Assembly: GCA_965248695.1 (NCBI GenBank)
Contig: CBDFKD010000001.1
Coordinates: forward strand, 61,411 to 125,410
Length of the DNA stretch: 64,000 bases
Reading direction: 5' to 3'
Origin: Acidobacteriota bacterium
Lineage (GTDB): Bacteria; Acidobacteriota; UBA890; WLXD01
The notes under the pieces are model-generated. The model saw nothing but the letters and a program-made list of their open reading frames with translations. It was not told the origin of the DNA and did not search any database. How positions within the stretch are numbered: position 1 is the first letter of the stretch; every line of letters begins with the position of its first letter. Of the stretch, positions 46,779 to 55,052 are shown in pieces. The translations under genes and the position numbers were made by a program.

Positions 46779-47151
46779 CGGTAGCCACCGTCGCGACGTG
46801 CCCGCCGCTCGCCATGCCGCCGGCGCTGCGCCGCATGTGATGTACCTGACCGTCCTCAGGGTGGCGAAGACCGGCGATCGTGCGTGCCTTGTGCTCCAGC
46901 GCGCGTGGATCCAGCTCGGTTTGAAGCTCCAGCTCGAGCAGCTTCCGCTCTTGTTGAAGCTGAAGCAAGGTTGTCTCGAGGTCGCCGGTCTGTCGCCGGG
47001 ACTCGCGCATGTCGGCGCGCTGGGAAGCGTATAAGAATGCCGGTATGATCAGCAAAAGGATGCCGGCGAAGGCCTGCCCGAGATCGCTGAACCGGTTGGG
47101 CTCACGCGCCTTGACCAGAGGGCGGTTCGCGATTCGGGACACGTCGCTCAC
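46765..47151 (-). CDS. ftsL: Cell division protein FtsL
   Basis: Small bitopic protein with TM ILLLIIPAFLYA followed by a coiled coil LQLQQERKLLELELQ. Lies between rsmH and ftsI. GTG 47142, with GGAG 8 nt upstream, may be the true start. Confidence 0.6.
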   Translation of the reverse strand: MSDVSRIANRPLVKAREPNRFSDLGQAFAGILLLIIPAFLYASQRADMRESRRQTGDLETTLLQLQQERKLLELELQTELDPRALEHKARTIAGLRHPEDGQVHHMRRSAGGMASGGHVATVATDGHP

Positions 47152-47171
47152 TCCGTTGCCGGAGGGCTGCC

Positions 47172-47297
47172 GGGAGAGTCGGGGGTCTGTGGCTCCAATG
47201 GCCTGGGGCGAAAGCTAGCCAGGGTTGTAAAGGGAGGCATTTTTTACAACACATGGGTTACTAGCTGGCCATGGAGCCACAGATCCCCGACTCTCCG
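47172..47297. repeat. Nested palindromic element in the rsmH-ftsL spacer: ~31-bp outer stem enclosing a CTAG...CTAG-flanked AT-rich inner palindrome
   Basis: The outer arms 47171-47203 and 47267-47297 are complementary apart from two 1-nt bulges and one G:T. The inner 42 nt between CTAG 47215-18 and CTAG 47261-64 contain gttgtaaa...tttacaac. Confidence 0.6.
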
Positions 47298-47310
47298 CGA
47301 TCCTTCCTCC

Positions 47311-48330
47311 TCAGATCCGTTCCAGCACGCGCATCTTGGCGCTGCGCGCACGTCGGTTCGTTGCAACCTCGTCGCCACCCGGTGTCAGTGGCCGCGAGGT
47401 CAGAATCTTCGCTTCGGCGCGCTTGTCGCAGAGGCACTGCGGCAGCTCCGGTGGGCATTCACAGTCGCTGGCGAGGTACTTGAACGCGCGCTTGATGGCG
47501 CGATCCTCGAGCGAATGGAAGGCCAGGACGATCAGTCGGCCGCCGGAGGCGAGAAGCCTGCTCGCCTCGACGATGAATTCCTGTAGCCCGCCGAGCTCGT
47601 CGTTTATCGCGATCCGTAGGGCCTGGAAGGTGCGCGTGGCCGGGTGGATCCGTCGAGGTCCGCGTTGCGGTACGGCGCTGTCAATGACCTCGGCCAGGCG
47701 CGTTGTAGTCGTGATCGGCTCGAAATCACGTGCCTTGACGATGGCGCGGGCGATGCGTGCGGCGTGGGGTTCTTCGCCGTAGTCGCGGATCAGCGAACGA
47801 AGCTCGTCGCCAGAGAGCCGGTTCACCGCTTCGGCCGCTGTACGCGGCTGACGGCGGTCCATGCGCATGTCGAGCGGCCCTTCGAGCCGGAACGAGAAGC
47901 CCCGATCGGCCGCGTCGAGCTGCAACGATGAGGCGCCCAGGTCGATCAAGATCGCGGAAATCGGCGCCCAGCGCCGAGCTGCGGCCATTTCCGGAAGCGT
48001 GCGATGGTCGGCGCGACACAACTCGTAGCGGCCGGACCAGCGTGCGAGTCGAAGGTCGGCGAGCTCCAGCGCGTCGGCGTCGCGATCGATACCGATCAGA
48101 TGAATGTCGTCTCGAGAGGCGAGGAGGGCCTCGGCGTGACCGCCGAGCCCCAACGTGCCGTCGATCATGGTCCCGGCAGGCGCGGCCCGCAGGTGGTCGA
48201 TGACCTCGTCGCGCATGACCGGCGTGTGTATGTCGGGTGCCTTGCCCGGCTGGTGTCCGCGTGGCCGCGCACCGTGGTCTGGGGGTGCCAGCGTCGCCAG
48301 ACTGAGCGGAATACTCCGTCCCATGACCAT
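47311..48330 (-). CDS. rsmH: 16S rRNA (cytosine1402-N4)-methyltransferase RsmH
   Basis: HTPVMRDEV...DGTLGLGGHAE...DLGASS...FHSLEDR motifs. Confidence 0.95.
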   Translation of the reverse strand: MVMGRSIPLSLATLAPPDHGARPRGHQPGKAPDIHTPVMRDEVIDHLRAAPAGTMIDGTLGLGGHAEALLASRDDIHLIGIDRDADALELADLRLARWSGRYELCRADHRTLPEMAAARRWAPISAILIDLGASSLQLDAADRGFSFRLEGPLDMRMDRRQPRTAAEAVNRLSGDELRSLIRDYGEEPHAARIARAIVKARDFEPITTTTRLAEVIDSAVPQRGPRRIHPATRTFQALRIAINDELGGLQEFIVEASRLLASGGRLIVLAFHSLEDRAIKRAFKYLASDCECPPELPQCLCDKRAEAKILTSRPLTPGGDEVATNRRARSAKMRVLERI

Positions 48331-48332
48331 CG

Positions 48333-48773
48333 CTATACCCCCATGTCCGCGAGGATCTGGAAGTCATCGTTGGTGAGCGGGCGCTCGTCCATACGTTGCC
48401 GGAAGGTGTCGTGGTTCCAGATCTCCAGATGGCTGATCTGGCCCATTACCACTACCTCGCCATCAACCGTGGCAGCAGCGCGCAGTAGCTGCGGCACCAG
48501 CACACGCCCCTGGCGATCCATCGAAGTGAGGGCTCCGTAGTAGTTCACCCGCGCCAGGAGCTTCTGTCGGGCGGGATTCATGCTCGGAATTGCCTGCAAG
48601 CGTTCTTCCACGCGGCCCCATTCCTGCAGTGGGTAGGCGAGGACGTTTTCCCCGGTGAAGCTGGTGAGGAAGAAGTCGTCACCGTACGTTTCCCGGATCA
48701 CGTTGCGAAAAGCGGTCGGTACCTTGATGCGGTGCTTCGCATCGACCGTTGCTGGATGATTCCCCCTTAACAT
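48333..48773 (-). CDS. mraZ: Transcriptional regulator MraZ
   Basis: Two SpoVT/AbrB-like halves (VDAKHRIKVPTAFR and MDRQGRVLVPQLLR). First gene of the dcw cluster. Confidence 0.95.
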   Translation of the reverse strand: MLRGNHPATVDAKHRIKVPTAFRNVIRETYGDDFFLTSFTGENVLAYPLQEWGRVEERLQAIPSMNPARQKLLARVNYYGALTSMDRQGRVLVPQLLRAAATVDGEVVVMGQISHLEIWNHDTFRQRMDERPLTNDDFQILADMGV

Positions 48774-48824
48774 CCGACGCTAAGCTCCGAATCAAGGCAT
48801 TCCGACCGTTTTGAGGGTGTGAGT

Positions 48825-48849
48825 ACCACCTCAGCCCACTTTGATCCAC
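48825..48849 (-). promoter_or_regulatory. Putative MraZ operator: three direct GTGGN boxes with 10-nt periodicity
   Basis: The minus strand reads GTGGA-tcaaa-GTGGG-ctgag-GTGGT. The boxes begin about 7 nt downstream of the -10 element and about 50 nt upstream of the mraZ ATG. Matches the published repeat architecture (TGGGN repeats with 5-nt spacers). Confidence 0.5.
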
Positions 48850-48855
48850 TGCCGG

Positions 48856-48884
48856 ACTATAGGGAGCACTGGAGCGCATGTCAA
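48856..48884 (-). promoter_or_regulatory. Putative sigma70-type dcw promoter (Pmra)
   Basis: The minus strand reads TTGACA - 17 nt - TATAGT, with an A/T-rich tract (cttttttc) about 20 nt upstream of the -35 element. Confidence 0.55.
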
Positions 48885-48996
48885 GGTTCCAACGCCTTCC
48901 TCCGAAAAAAGTCGCATCGCGCTCTGATGCACGGCACGGCACAGAATTGATCAGATCCCGTCGGCCAGGCGCCACTGTGGATTGGTGTGGCGTGAA

Positions 48997-49023
48997 GGGC
49001 CCGGGGTCTTGTCGGCCGGGCCC
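48997..49023 (-). terminator. GC-rich hairpin downstream of htpX (GGGCCCGG-11 nt-CCGGGCCC), weak T tail
   Basis: 8-bp perfect stem read from the sequence, about 105 nt after the htpX stop. No clear U tract. Confidence 0.3.
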
Positions 49024-49129
49024 CACTATCGTCTAGGTCGGCGACCTCGGTCGGGAACGGGATCCACGCCGCTCCAGCACGCCACACCGACCCCGGACCG
49101 ATGCGATCGCGTTGTCCAGGCGCCCCGAC

Positions 49130-49963
49130 TCAGCCCAGGCTACGCAGCCGCTGAATGCGCTCCTGCATCGGCGGGTGGGTCGAGAACAGGCCCTTGAGGC
49201 CACCCGAGAACGGTTGCACGATAAACATGTGCGCCGTTGTAGGTGAGGCCTGTGTAGGCACGCGTTGGCTGGCGTGCTCGAGCTTTTGCAGGGCGCTCAT
49301 CAGACCGTGCGGGTGGCCCACGATGCGGGCGCCGGTGGCATCGGCCTTGTATTCGCGAGTACGAGACACCGCCATCTGAACGACCATCGCTGCCAGCGGG
49401 GCGACGATCATCATGGCCAGCGCCCCGAGCGCGCCGCCGCCGTCGCGGTCGCGGCTGCCACCGAACATCGCCGAGTAGCCGATCATGCGGGCCATCATGG
49501 TGATGGCGCCTGCCATGGTGGCGGCGATCGTCGAAACGAGAATGTCGCGGTTCTTGATATGCGCCAGCTCGTGAGCCAGAACGCCTTCGAGCTCCTGTTC
49601 ATCGAGCATCTGGAGCAATCCGGCTGTCACCGCTACCGCCGAGTGCTGCGGGTTGCGCCCGGTGGCGAAGGCGTTCGCTCCGGGCGAGGGCAGCACGTAT
49701 ACGGCAGGCTTTGGCAGCCCGGCACGGGCTACCAATCGCTCGACCGTGGCATGCAGACTCGCGAACTGCGCTGGGTCGGCCGGCTGTGCGCGGTACATCT
49801 TCAGCACGATCTTGTCCGAGAACCAGTAGCTGCCGACGTTGAAGACCACCGCCAGCCCCATGGCGATGATCAGACCCTGGTTTCCGAAAGCGGACCCGAT
49901 CGCCAGGAGGAGCCCGGTCATGGCGCCGAGCAGCAGGGTTGTTTTCAAAGCGTTCATGTTCAC
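49130..49963 (-). CDS. htpX: Zinc metalloprotease HtpX (M48 family)
   Basis: HELAHIKNRD zinc motif, four TM segments, and SD AAGGAG upstream. Confidence 0.9.
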   Translation of the reverse strand: MNMNALKTTLLLGAMTGLLLAIGSAFGNQGLIIAMGLAVVFNVGSYWFSDKIVLKMYRAQPADPAQFASLHATVERLVARAGLPKPAVYVLPSPGANAFATGRNPQHSAVAVTAGLLQMLDEQELEGVLAHELAHIKNRDILVSTIAATMAGAITMMARMIGYSAMFGGSRDRDGGGALGALAMMIVAPLAAMVVQMAVSRTREYKADATGARIVGHPHGLMSALQKLEHASQRVPTQASPTTAHMFIVQPFSGGLKGLFSTHPPMQERIQRLRSLG

Positions 49964-50023
49964 GATCTCCTTGGGGATGCTGACTTGATTGTAGCGTGGC
50001 GTAGGCGCCCCTGCTCGGAGATC

Positions 50024-50641
50024 TCAGGGCAGCATAGCGACGAGGAGCGCGCTGCAGGCGCCGCCGACAAGGGCTGCAACGGCTAGGCGCTGCGGGCGTG
50101 TTCGGCGGATCTGTCGAGCCAACACCACGCCTGAAATTGCGCCCACGGCGACCAGTGCCGGCTCGCCTACTCCCAGGAGCTGCAGCCACATTGCGGCGAT
50201 CGCCAGGCCGCCAGCCACGAAAATTGGTGCCACCAGGCCGGGTCGGCCCACGGTCTCCGCCGTCCAGGTGGCCGCCGCCCCGGCGGCCGCCCCGCATGCC
50301 GCGGCGAGCCAGTAGGCGGGGGCCACACCGGTCAGCGACCCGATTGCGCAGAGGACGGTCAATCCGGCCAGGCCGAGTATGTCGAATACCCTCGGCCGGG
50401 CGACGGTGCGGCCCCAGCGGGCAACGACACCGGCAAGCGTGAGCTGGATGCCGGTGAGAGTAGCCAGGCCCCAGTCGCCAGCAACGAAGCTCGCGGTCAG
50501 CAAGACCGCCGCCGCCAGCGCAGCCCGCCGGCCGGTGAGGCCCAGCAGCAAGAGCAGGGCGCCGATTCCGATCCCGAAGGCAATCCCGGTGATAGCTCGC
50601 GCGCTGGCCAGCGTGAGCAGGTCGGTGGAGATCTCAGGCAT
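50024..50641 (-). CDS. Hypothetical integral membrane protein
   Basis: 205-aa Ala/Gly/Leu-rich ORF with about six hydrophobic segments. Overlaps the upstream epimerase gene by 8 nt, which suggests co-translation. No recognisable domain. Confidence 0.5.
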   Translation of the reverse strand: MPEISTDLLTLASARAITGIAFGIGIGALLLLLGLTGRRAALAAAVLLTASFVAGDWGLATLTGIQLTLAGVVARWGRTVARPRVFDILGLAGLTVLCAIGSLTGVAPAYWLAAACGAAAGAAATWTAETVGRPGLVAPIFVAGGLAIAAMWLQLLGVGEPALVAVGAISGVVLARQIRRTRPQRLAVAALVGGACSALLVAMLP

Positions 50642-51605
50642 CGTCGCTGACCTCTCGGCGCCAATAGGCCAGCGTTTCCTGCAGCGTCTGATTCAACGCG
50701 ATCTCGGGTCCCCATCCGAGCTCGGTACGAGCCAACGCCCCATCGCCGATGAACAGCGGGACGTCGACCGGACGGAAGCGCTCGGCGTCGACCTCGACGC
50801 GGATATCGGCCGAGGAGAGCCGCAACAGGCCGTCGAGCACTTCCTGAACCGCGATGCCGCGCCCGCTGCAGAGGTTGTACGCGCTGCCCGAGAGGCCGTG
50901 CTCGGCGGCAGCGACGAACCCCCGGACTGTGTCGCGCACATCAGTGAAGTCGCGGCGCGCTGCCAGGTTCCCGACCCGCAGCTCGGCGTGGCCGCTGATC
51001 TCGGCAACGGCTATCTGGCGGGCGAAGTCGGAGCACACGAAGTTGGGGTCCTGCCCAGGGCCAGCGAAGTTGAACGGTCGCACGATGACAACCTGCGCCA
51101 TACCGGCGTCCGCCGCCTGGCGGCCGAGGACCTCGGCGCAGAGCTTGCTGGCGGCGTACGGGCTCCGCGGGCGGAGCGCCGCTGCCTCGCCCAACGGCAT
51201 CAGGCTCTCGTCAGGGGCGCCGTATACCTGGCCGGACGAAACCAGGACCACCTTGATCGATGTGTCGGTGCGGGCGATTGCGTCCAGTACGGCATCGGTG
51301 CCGAGAAGGTTGACCTCGAAGGTGGCGCGTCGATGCTCCCAGGAGTTCCCCACGTGGGAAAGGGCCGCCAGGTGGTAGACGGTGTTGGGGCGCACGGTGG
51401 ACAGGAGCTCCGCAAGGTGGTCGGCGTTGCGCACATCCCCGTGGTGGAGCTCAGCGCCTTCGAGGTGCGCTGACTCGAGCTGGTTGTCTGCCGCCGGCTG
51501 GGCGAATCCGTAGACGCGTTCGCCGCGTTGCCGCAGCATGTCTGACAGGTGTCGGCCGGCGAACCCGGTGATACCGGTGATCAACGAGGTGGCGATTGAG
51601 CTCAC
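50634..51605 (-). CDS. NAD-dependent epimerase/dehydratase, probable GDP-4-keto-6-deoxy-D-mannose reductase (Rmd-like)
   Basis: Rossmann motif ITGITGFAGRHL and SDR catalytic Y..xK (SPYAASK). Adjacent to gmd. GTG start. Confidence 0.7.
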   Translation of the reverse strand: MSSIATSLITGITGFAGRHLSDMLRQRGERVYGFAQPAADNQLESAHLEGAELHHGDVRNADHLAELLSTVRPNTVYHLAALSHVGNSWEHRRATFEVNLLGTDAVLDAIARTDTSIKVVLVSSGQVYGAPDESLMPLGEAAALRPRSPYAASKLCAEVLGRQAADAGMAQVVIVRPFNFAGPGQDPNFVCSDFARQIAVAEISGHAELRVGNLAARRDFTDVRDTVRGFVAAAEHGLSGSAYNLCSGRGIAVQEVLDGLLRLSSADIRVEVDAERFRPVDVPLFIGDGALARTELGWGPEIALNQTLQETLAYWRREVSDDA

Positions 51606-51642
51606 TCCGTTTGCCGGCAGGTGGCGCGTCCCGGGATCCGGG

Positions 51643-52596
51643 TCAGACGCGCGCCCGCCAGTAGTCGAGAGTTTCCCTTGCCGTCTGTTCGAACGGGATT
51701 ACGGGCTCCCACCCGGTGGTCGTGTGCAGCTTCGACGCATCGCCTAGCAGCAACTCGACGTCTGAGGGTCGGAGTCGTTCCGGATCGACCTCCACTCGGA
51801 TGTCGACATCGGACAACGAGAGCAGGAGGTCGAGGACGTCCCGGATCTTCCAGGCCCTCCCGCTGGCGATGTTGTAGACATCGCCGGGTTCGCCGTGCTC
51901 CAGGACCAGCCAGTAGGCGCGCACGACGTCCCGCACATCCGTAAAGTCGCGCTCGGCTTCGAGGTTGCCGACCCGAATCACCGGATCTCGGCTACCGGCT
52001 TCGATTAGCGCGATCTGCCTGGCGAAATTGCTCACCACGAACACCTCGCCGCGGCGCGGTCCCGTGTGATTGAAGCCCCGCGTGCGGATCGCGTGAGTTC
52101 CGTATGAGCGAAAATACTGATAGGCGAGCAGGTCTTGGGCGACCTTCGAGACGGCGTACGGCGACAGCGGGCGCAACGAGTTTGCCTCGGTGATGGGCAC
52201 TTCATCGCGGTGCACCAGCCCGTATTCCTCCGACGAGCCAGCGATTTGGATCCGCGCGTCACAGCCGGTCTGACGCAGAGCCTCGAAGAGGTTCAGCTGC
52301 CCGATGATATTGGTCTCGAGGCTTTCCGCCGGTGCGTGCCATGAGGTCGGCACGTAGGACTGAGCGGCGAGATGGAAGATCCGCTCCGGGCGAACGGCGT
52401 CGATCATCGAGGTGACGGATGCTGCGTCACGGAGATCGCACTCGACCATGTTCAATCGGTCGAGGAGATGATCGATGTTCTCGGTCGGGGATCGCCATCG
52501 TCGAGTTCCGTGAACCTCGACGCCTTCCTGGTCGAGGGCGTATTCGGCCAGGTGCGAACCGGCGAATCCCGTGATGCCGGTGATCAGCACGCGCAT
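51643..52596 (-). CDS. gmd: GDP-mannose 4,6-dehydratase (short bacterial form)
   Basis: ITGITGFAGSHLAEY...HGTRRWRS, SPYAVSK and FNHTGPRRGEVFV motifs. SD AAGGAG upstream. Confidence 0.8.
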   Translation of the reverse strand: MRVLITGITGFAGSHLAEYALDQEGVEVHGTRRWRSPTENIDHLLDRLNMVECDLRDAASVTSMIDAVRPERIFHLAAQSYVPTSWHAPAESLETNIIGQLNLFEALRQTGCDARIQIAGSSEEYGLVHRDEVPITEANSLRPLSPYAVSKVAQDLLAYQYFRSYGTHAIRTRGFNHTGPRRGEVFVVSNFARQIALIEAGSRDPVIRVGNLEAERDFTDVRDVVRAYWLVLEHGEPGDVYNIASGRAWKIRDVLDLLLSLSDVDIRVEVDPERLRPSDVELLLGDASKLHTTTGWEPVIPFEQTARETLDYWRARV

Positions 52597-52686
52597 GCGG
52601 TGCTCCTTTTGACAAGATCGCGCTCAGGGAGCTTATACACGGTGTCGCGAGGTCGCGTGCCTCAGCCAGAGGAGATCTGTGACGAC

Positions 52687-55029
52687 CTACTGCCGATGGG
52701 TGTCGAACCCGAAGGTGCCGACCTGCGCCAGGTTCAGCAGCAAGGCGAACTGCGTCTCCTGGCGATCGGAGAAATTGAGCCGCCGCACGTCGAGTCCCAG
52801 CGAGCAGCACTGCAGATTCCATTGCATGCTGGCGCTGAAGTTCTGGAGCTGGTTCCGAAACAGGTCCATGCCGACGCGCGACCCCAGCGTCAGACGTTGG
52901 GCGAATATGCTGACGTTGCCAAAGGCCTGCAGCGTGTTGCTGGTGGTCTGCACCAGAACCTCGCTGAAGTCCTGCGGATTGAGGAAGTCACGCACGCCGC
53001 GGAACCAGCTCAGCCCGACCCCCGAAGTGGCGCCGCGAGCCTCGGCCGACACCGTGTAGTTGGCGGGCGTGAACGACGGCGTAAAGCTCATGTCGCCCTG
53101 GATGAAGAAGCGGGCGCTCGGGGTCAGGCGAGTGCGAAGGAACCAGGGCAACCGAACGCGCGGCACACCCGCCTCCTCTTGCGTCAGCGTCAATGGCTCG
53201 AGATTGTAGGTGTGACCGACGGTGATCTCGGCCGCCTGCCAGACCATGCGCTCCTCGGCATTCGGGGAGGGGTAGCGTTTGGCGAAGAGTCGGGTGGTGA
53301 TCTCGGCAATCAGGCTCTGGGCGTCGCCGACACTGAAATCGATCTCGTCGAACAGGATGATGCGAGCCAGTTCCTTGGGTTTGGCGTTGATCGGACGCAC
53401 GCGCCGGTAAACCACGCGTGGCTGAATAACGTGCTTGAGTCGCGGCGAGTAGTCGCTTCCGGGCGTATCGAAGATCTTGAACAGCTGCGGCCCTACCATC
53501 TCGACGCCGGTCTCGTAGTAATTCCGGGTGATGGGATTGGCGCCGAACTTGAACTCGTTCTGTCGTGTCCGATGCGACCAGTAGGTCGATCGATAGCGGA
53601 AGAACGGGTTGAACGTCAGCCACGGAATCTGGGTCAGCTGAACCGAGACCTCCGGAAAAGCGTCGAAGCGGTTGTAAATGCCCCCATCGCTGCGATCGAT
53701 ACCGTTTCTCCTCTCCTCGACGCGGAGTTTCTGCAGTCTTGCTACCGAGGCCTGTGCGGCGACGTAAATCGGACCAAAGAGCTGTGTGCTACGCAAGCCG
53801 TATCGCATCATCGGTAGGCGACGCCCGATGGTCGACAACGTATCGCTGTCGAAGCGCTGGTTGCTGCTTCCCACCAGTGATAGCGTGCTGGCGCCCCAGC
53901 TCTTGGTGAGCTCGCCGCTGAAGACGGATTGGCGCTGTAGGAACCGGTTGACATCGTCCTGGAACTGGCGTGCGAACTGGGTGCTGCTGATCGAGTCGGC
54001 GCCGAGACGGAAAGTGATGCCGCCGGGCACGGGTTGGATATGCGCCGCGCTGATGGCGAAACCGCGATCAAACGTGAACTTGCCGGCCGCCAGTTCCTCG
54101 GGTGTGGCCTCCTTACCAGGCAGGTAGTAGGCGCGGATCGAGCCGTTGGCGCTATCGCCGAGGGCATGTCGGAACTCGGCCGAATAGCCGTTACCGGCGT
54201 TGGCGAAGTGCTCATACGAGACCGTCAGGTCGGCGCTGCGGTTGATGGCCCAGAACAAGGTCTCCGATACCGAGAAGCCCTTGCGAGTAGATGTGGCGAG
54301 TGCCGGGACAAGCAGGCCGGTTTGTCGCGGCGAGTCTTGCAGCGGCCAAACGATGAACGGCAACCCGAACAACGGCAGGCCCTTGACGCGAATGTGTGGC
54401 CACGCCATGCGCACGTACTTGCCTGGCTTGAAGGTCATGCTGGTACCGCGAAACTCCCAGATCGCCGTGGCCTGGTTGCACGGTGTGAGCACGAAATCGT
54501 CGCCGCGGAACTTGCCAGGCTCGATCTGTTCGAGGTGCGACGCTCGCACGTAGAAGGGGCCCGGGGCCACACCGATCACGTCTTCCATCTCGAGCGTGGC
54601 GTCGTCCAGATCGCCGCGCATGGCGCTGCCGTTGAGCAGGAGCGCGTCTTGCTCGAAGGACACGTTGCCGGTCGCCTCGAAGCTCAGCTCTTGGGTGTCG
54701 AAGCTGATCTCGTCCGCCAGCAGTCGAATGCCGCGCTGCAGATCCACGACATCGACGTCGCCGGTGAGGTGGAAAACGCTACCTTCGATGCGAACGTTGC
54801 GGTATTGAACCTCGCAGCATTCGGCCAGTCCGAGCGGGATCCCGGCTTGCTGGGCCACGGCACGGCTCGGTGCGACGACGGTAATTGCGGCAGCCGCCAG
54901 CACGCCGATTGTCCACGCGCCAACAGGCCCCTGCGGCTGAGTCTCGAGGTTTCGGAGTCGGATCACGTCGCGTCGGGCGGTGACGTATCGATGGCCTGGC
55001 CCACCCCCGGTTACCAGTGCCGAGGCCAT
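52687..55029 (-). CDS. lptD: LPS-assembly outer membrane protein LptD (OstA family)
   Basis: Signal-like AWTIGVLAAAAITVVAPSRAVA. OstA_N-like region (LLADEISFDTQ...ATGNVSFEQ...LNGSAMRGDL). Large beta-barrel-type C-terminus rich in aromatic-x-aromatic strands. Exact start uncertain. Confidence 0.8.
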   Translation of the reverse strand: MASALVTGGGPGHRYVTARRDVIRLRNLETQPQGPVGAWTIGVLAAAAITVVAPSRAVAQQAGIPLGLAECCEVQYRNVRIEGSVFHLTGDVDVVDLQRGIRLLADEISFDTQELSFEATGNVSFEQDALLLNGSAMRGDLDDATLEMEDVIGVAPGPFYVRASHLEQIEPGKFRGDDFVLTPCNQATAIWEFRGTSMTFKPGKYVRMAWPHIRVKGLPLFGLPFIVWPLQDSPRQTGLLVPALATSTRKGFSVSETLFWAINRSADLTVSYEHFANAGNGYSAEFRHALGDSANGSIRAYYLPGKEATPEELAAGKFTFDRGFAISAAHIQPVPGGITFRLGADSISSTQFARQFQDDVNRFLQRQSVFSGELTKSWGASTLSLVGSSNQRFDSDTLSTIGRRLPMMRYGLRSTQLFGPIYVAAQASVARLQKLRVEERRNGIDRSDGGIYNRFDAFPEVSVQLTQIPWLTFNPFFRYRSTYWSHRTRQNEFKFGANPITRNYYETGVEMVGPQLFKIFDTPGSDYSPRLKHVIQPRVVYRRVRPINAKPKELARIILFDEIDFSVGDAQSLIAEITTRLFAKRYPSPNAEERMVWQAAEITVGHTYNLEPLTLTQEEAGVPRVRLPWFLRTRLTPSARFFIQGDMSFTPSFTPANYTVSAEARGATSGVGLSWFRGVRDFLNPQDFSEVLVQTTSNTLQAFGNVSIFAQRLTLGSRVGMDLFRNQLQNFSASMQWNLQCCSLGLDVRRLNFSDRQETQFALLLNLAQVGTFGFDTHRQ

Positions 55030-55052
55030 TGTAGCTTCTGGGCGCGGGTGGG

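Noticed and set aside
49964-50023. TACAAT box upstream of htpX as a promoter, or a sigma32-type CCCCAAGG element.
   Set aside because: There is no acceptable -35 at 16-18 nt. The CCCC motif overlaps the SD, and the spacing to any CTTGAA-like box is wrong. The evidence is too weak to annotate.
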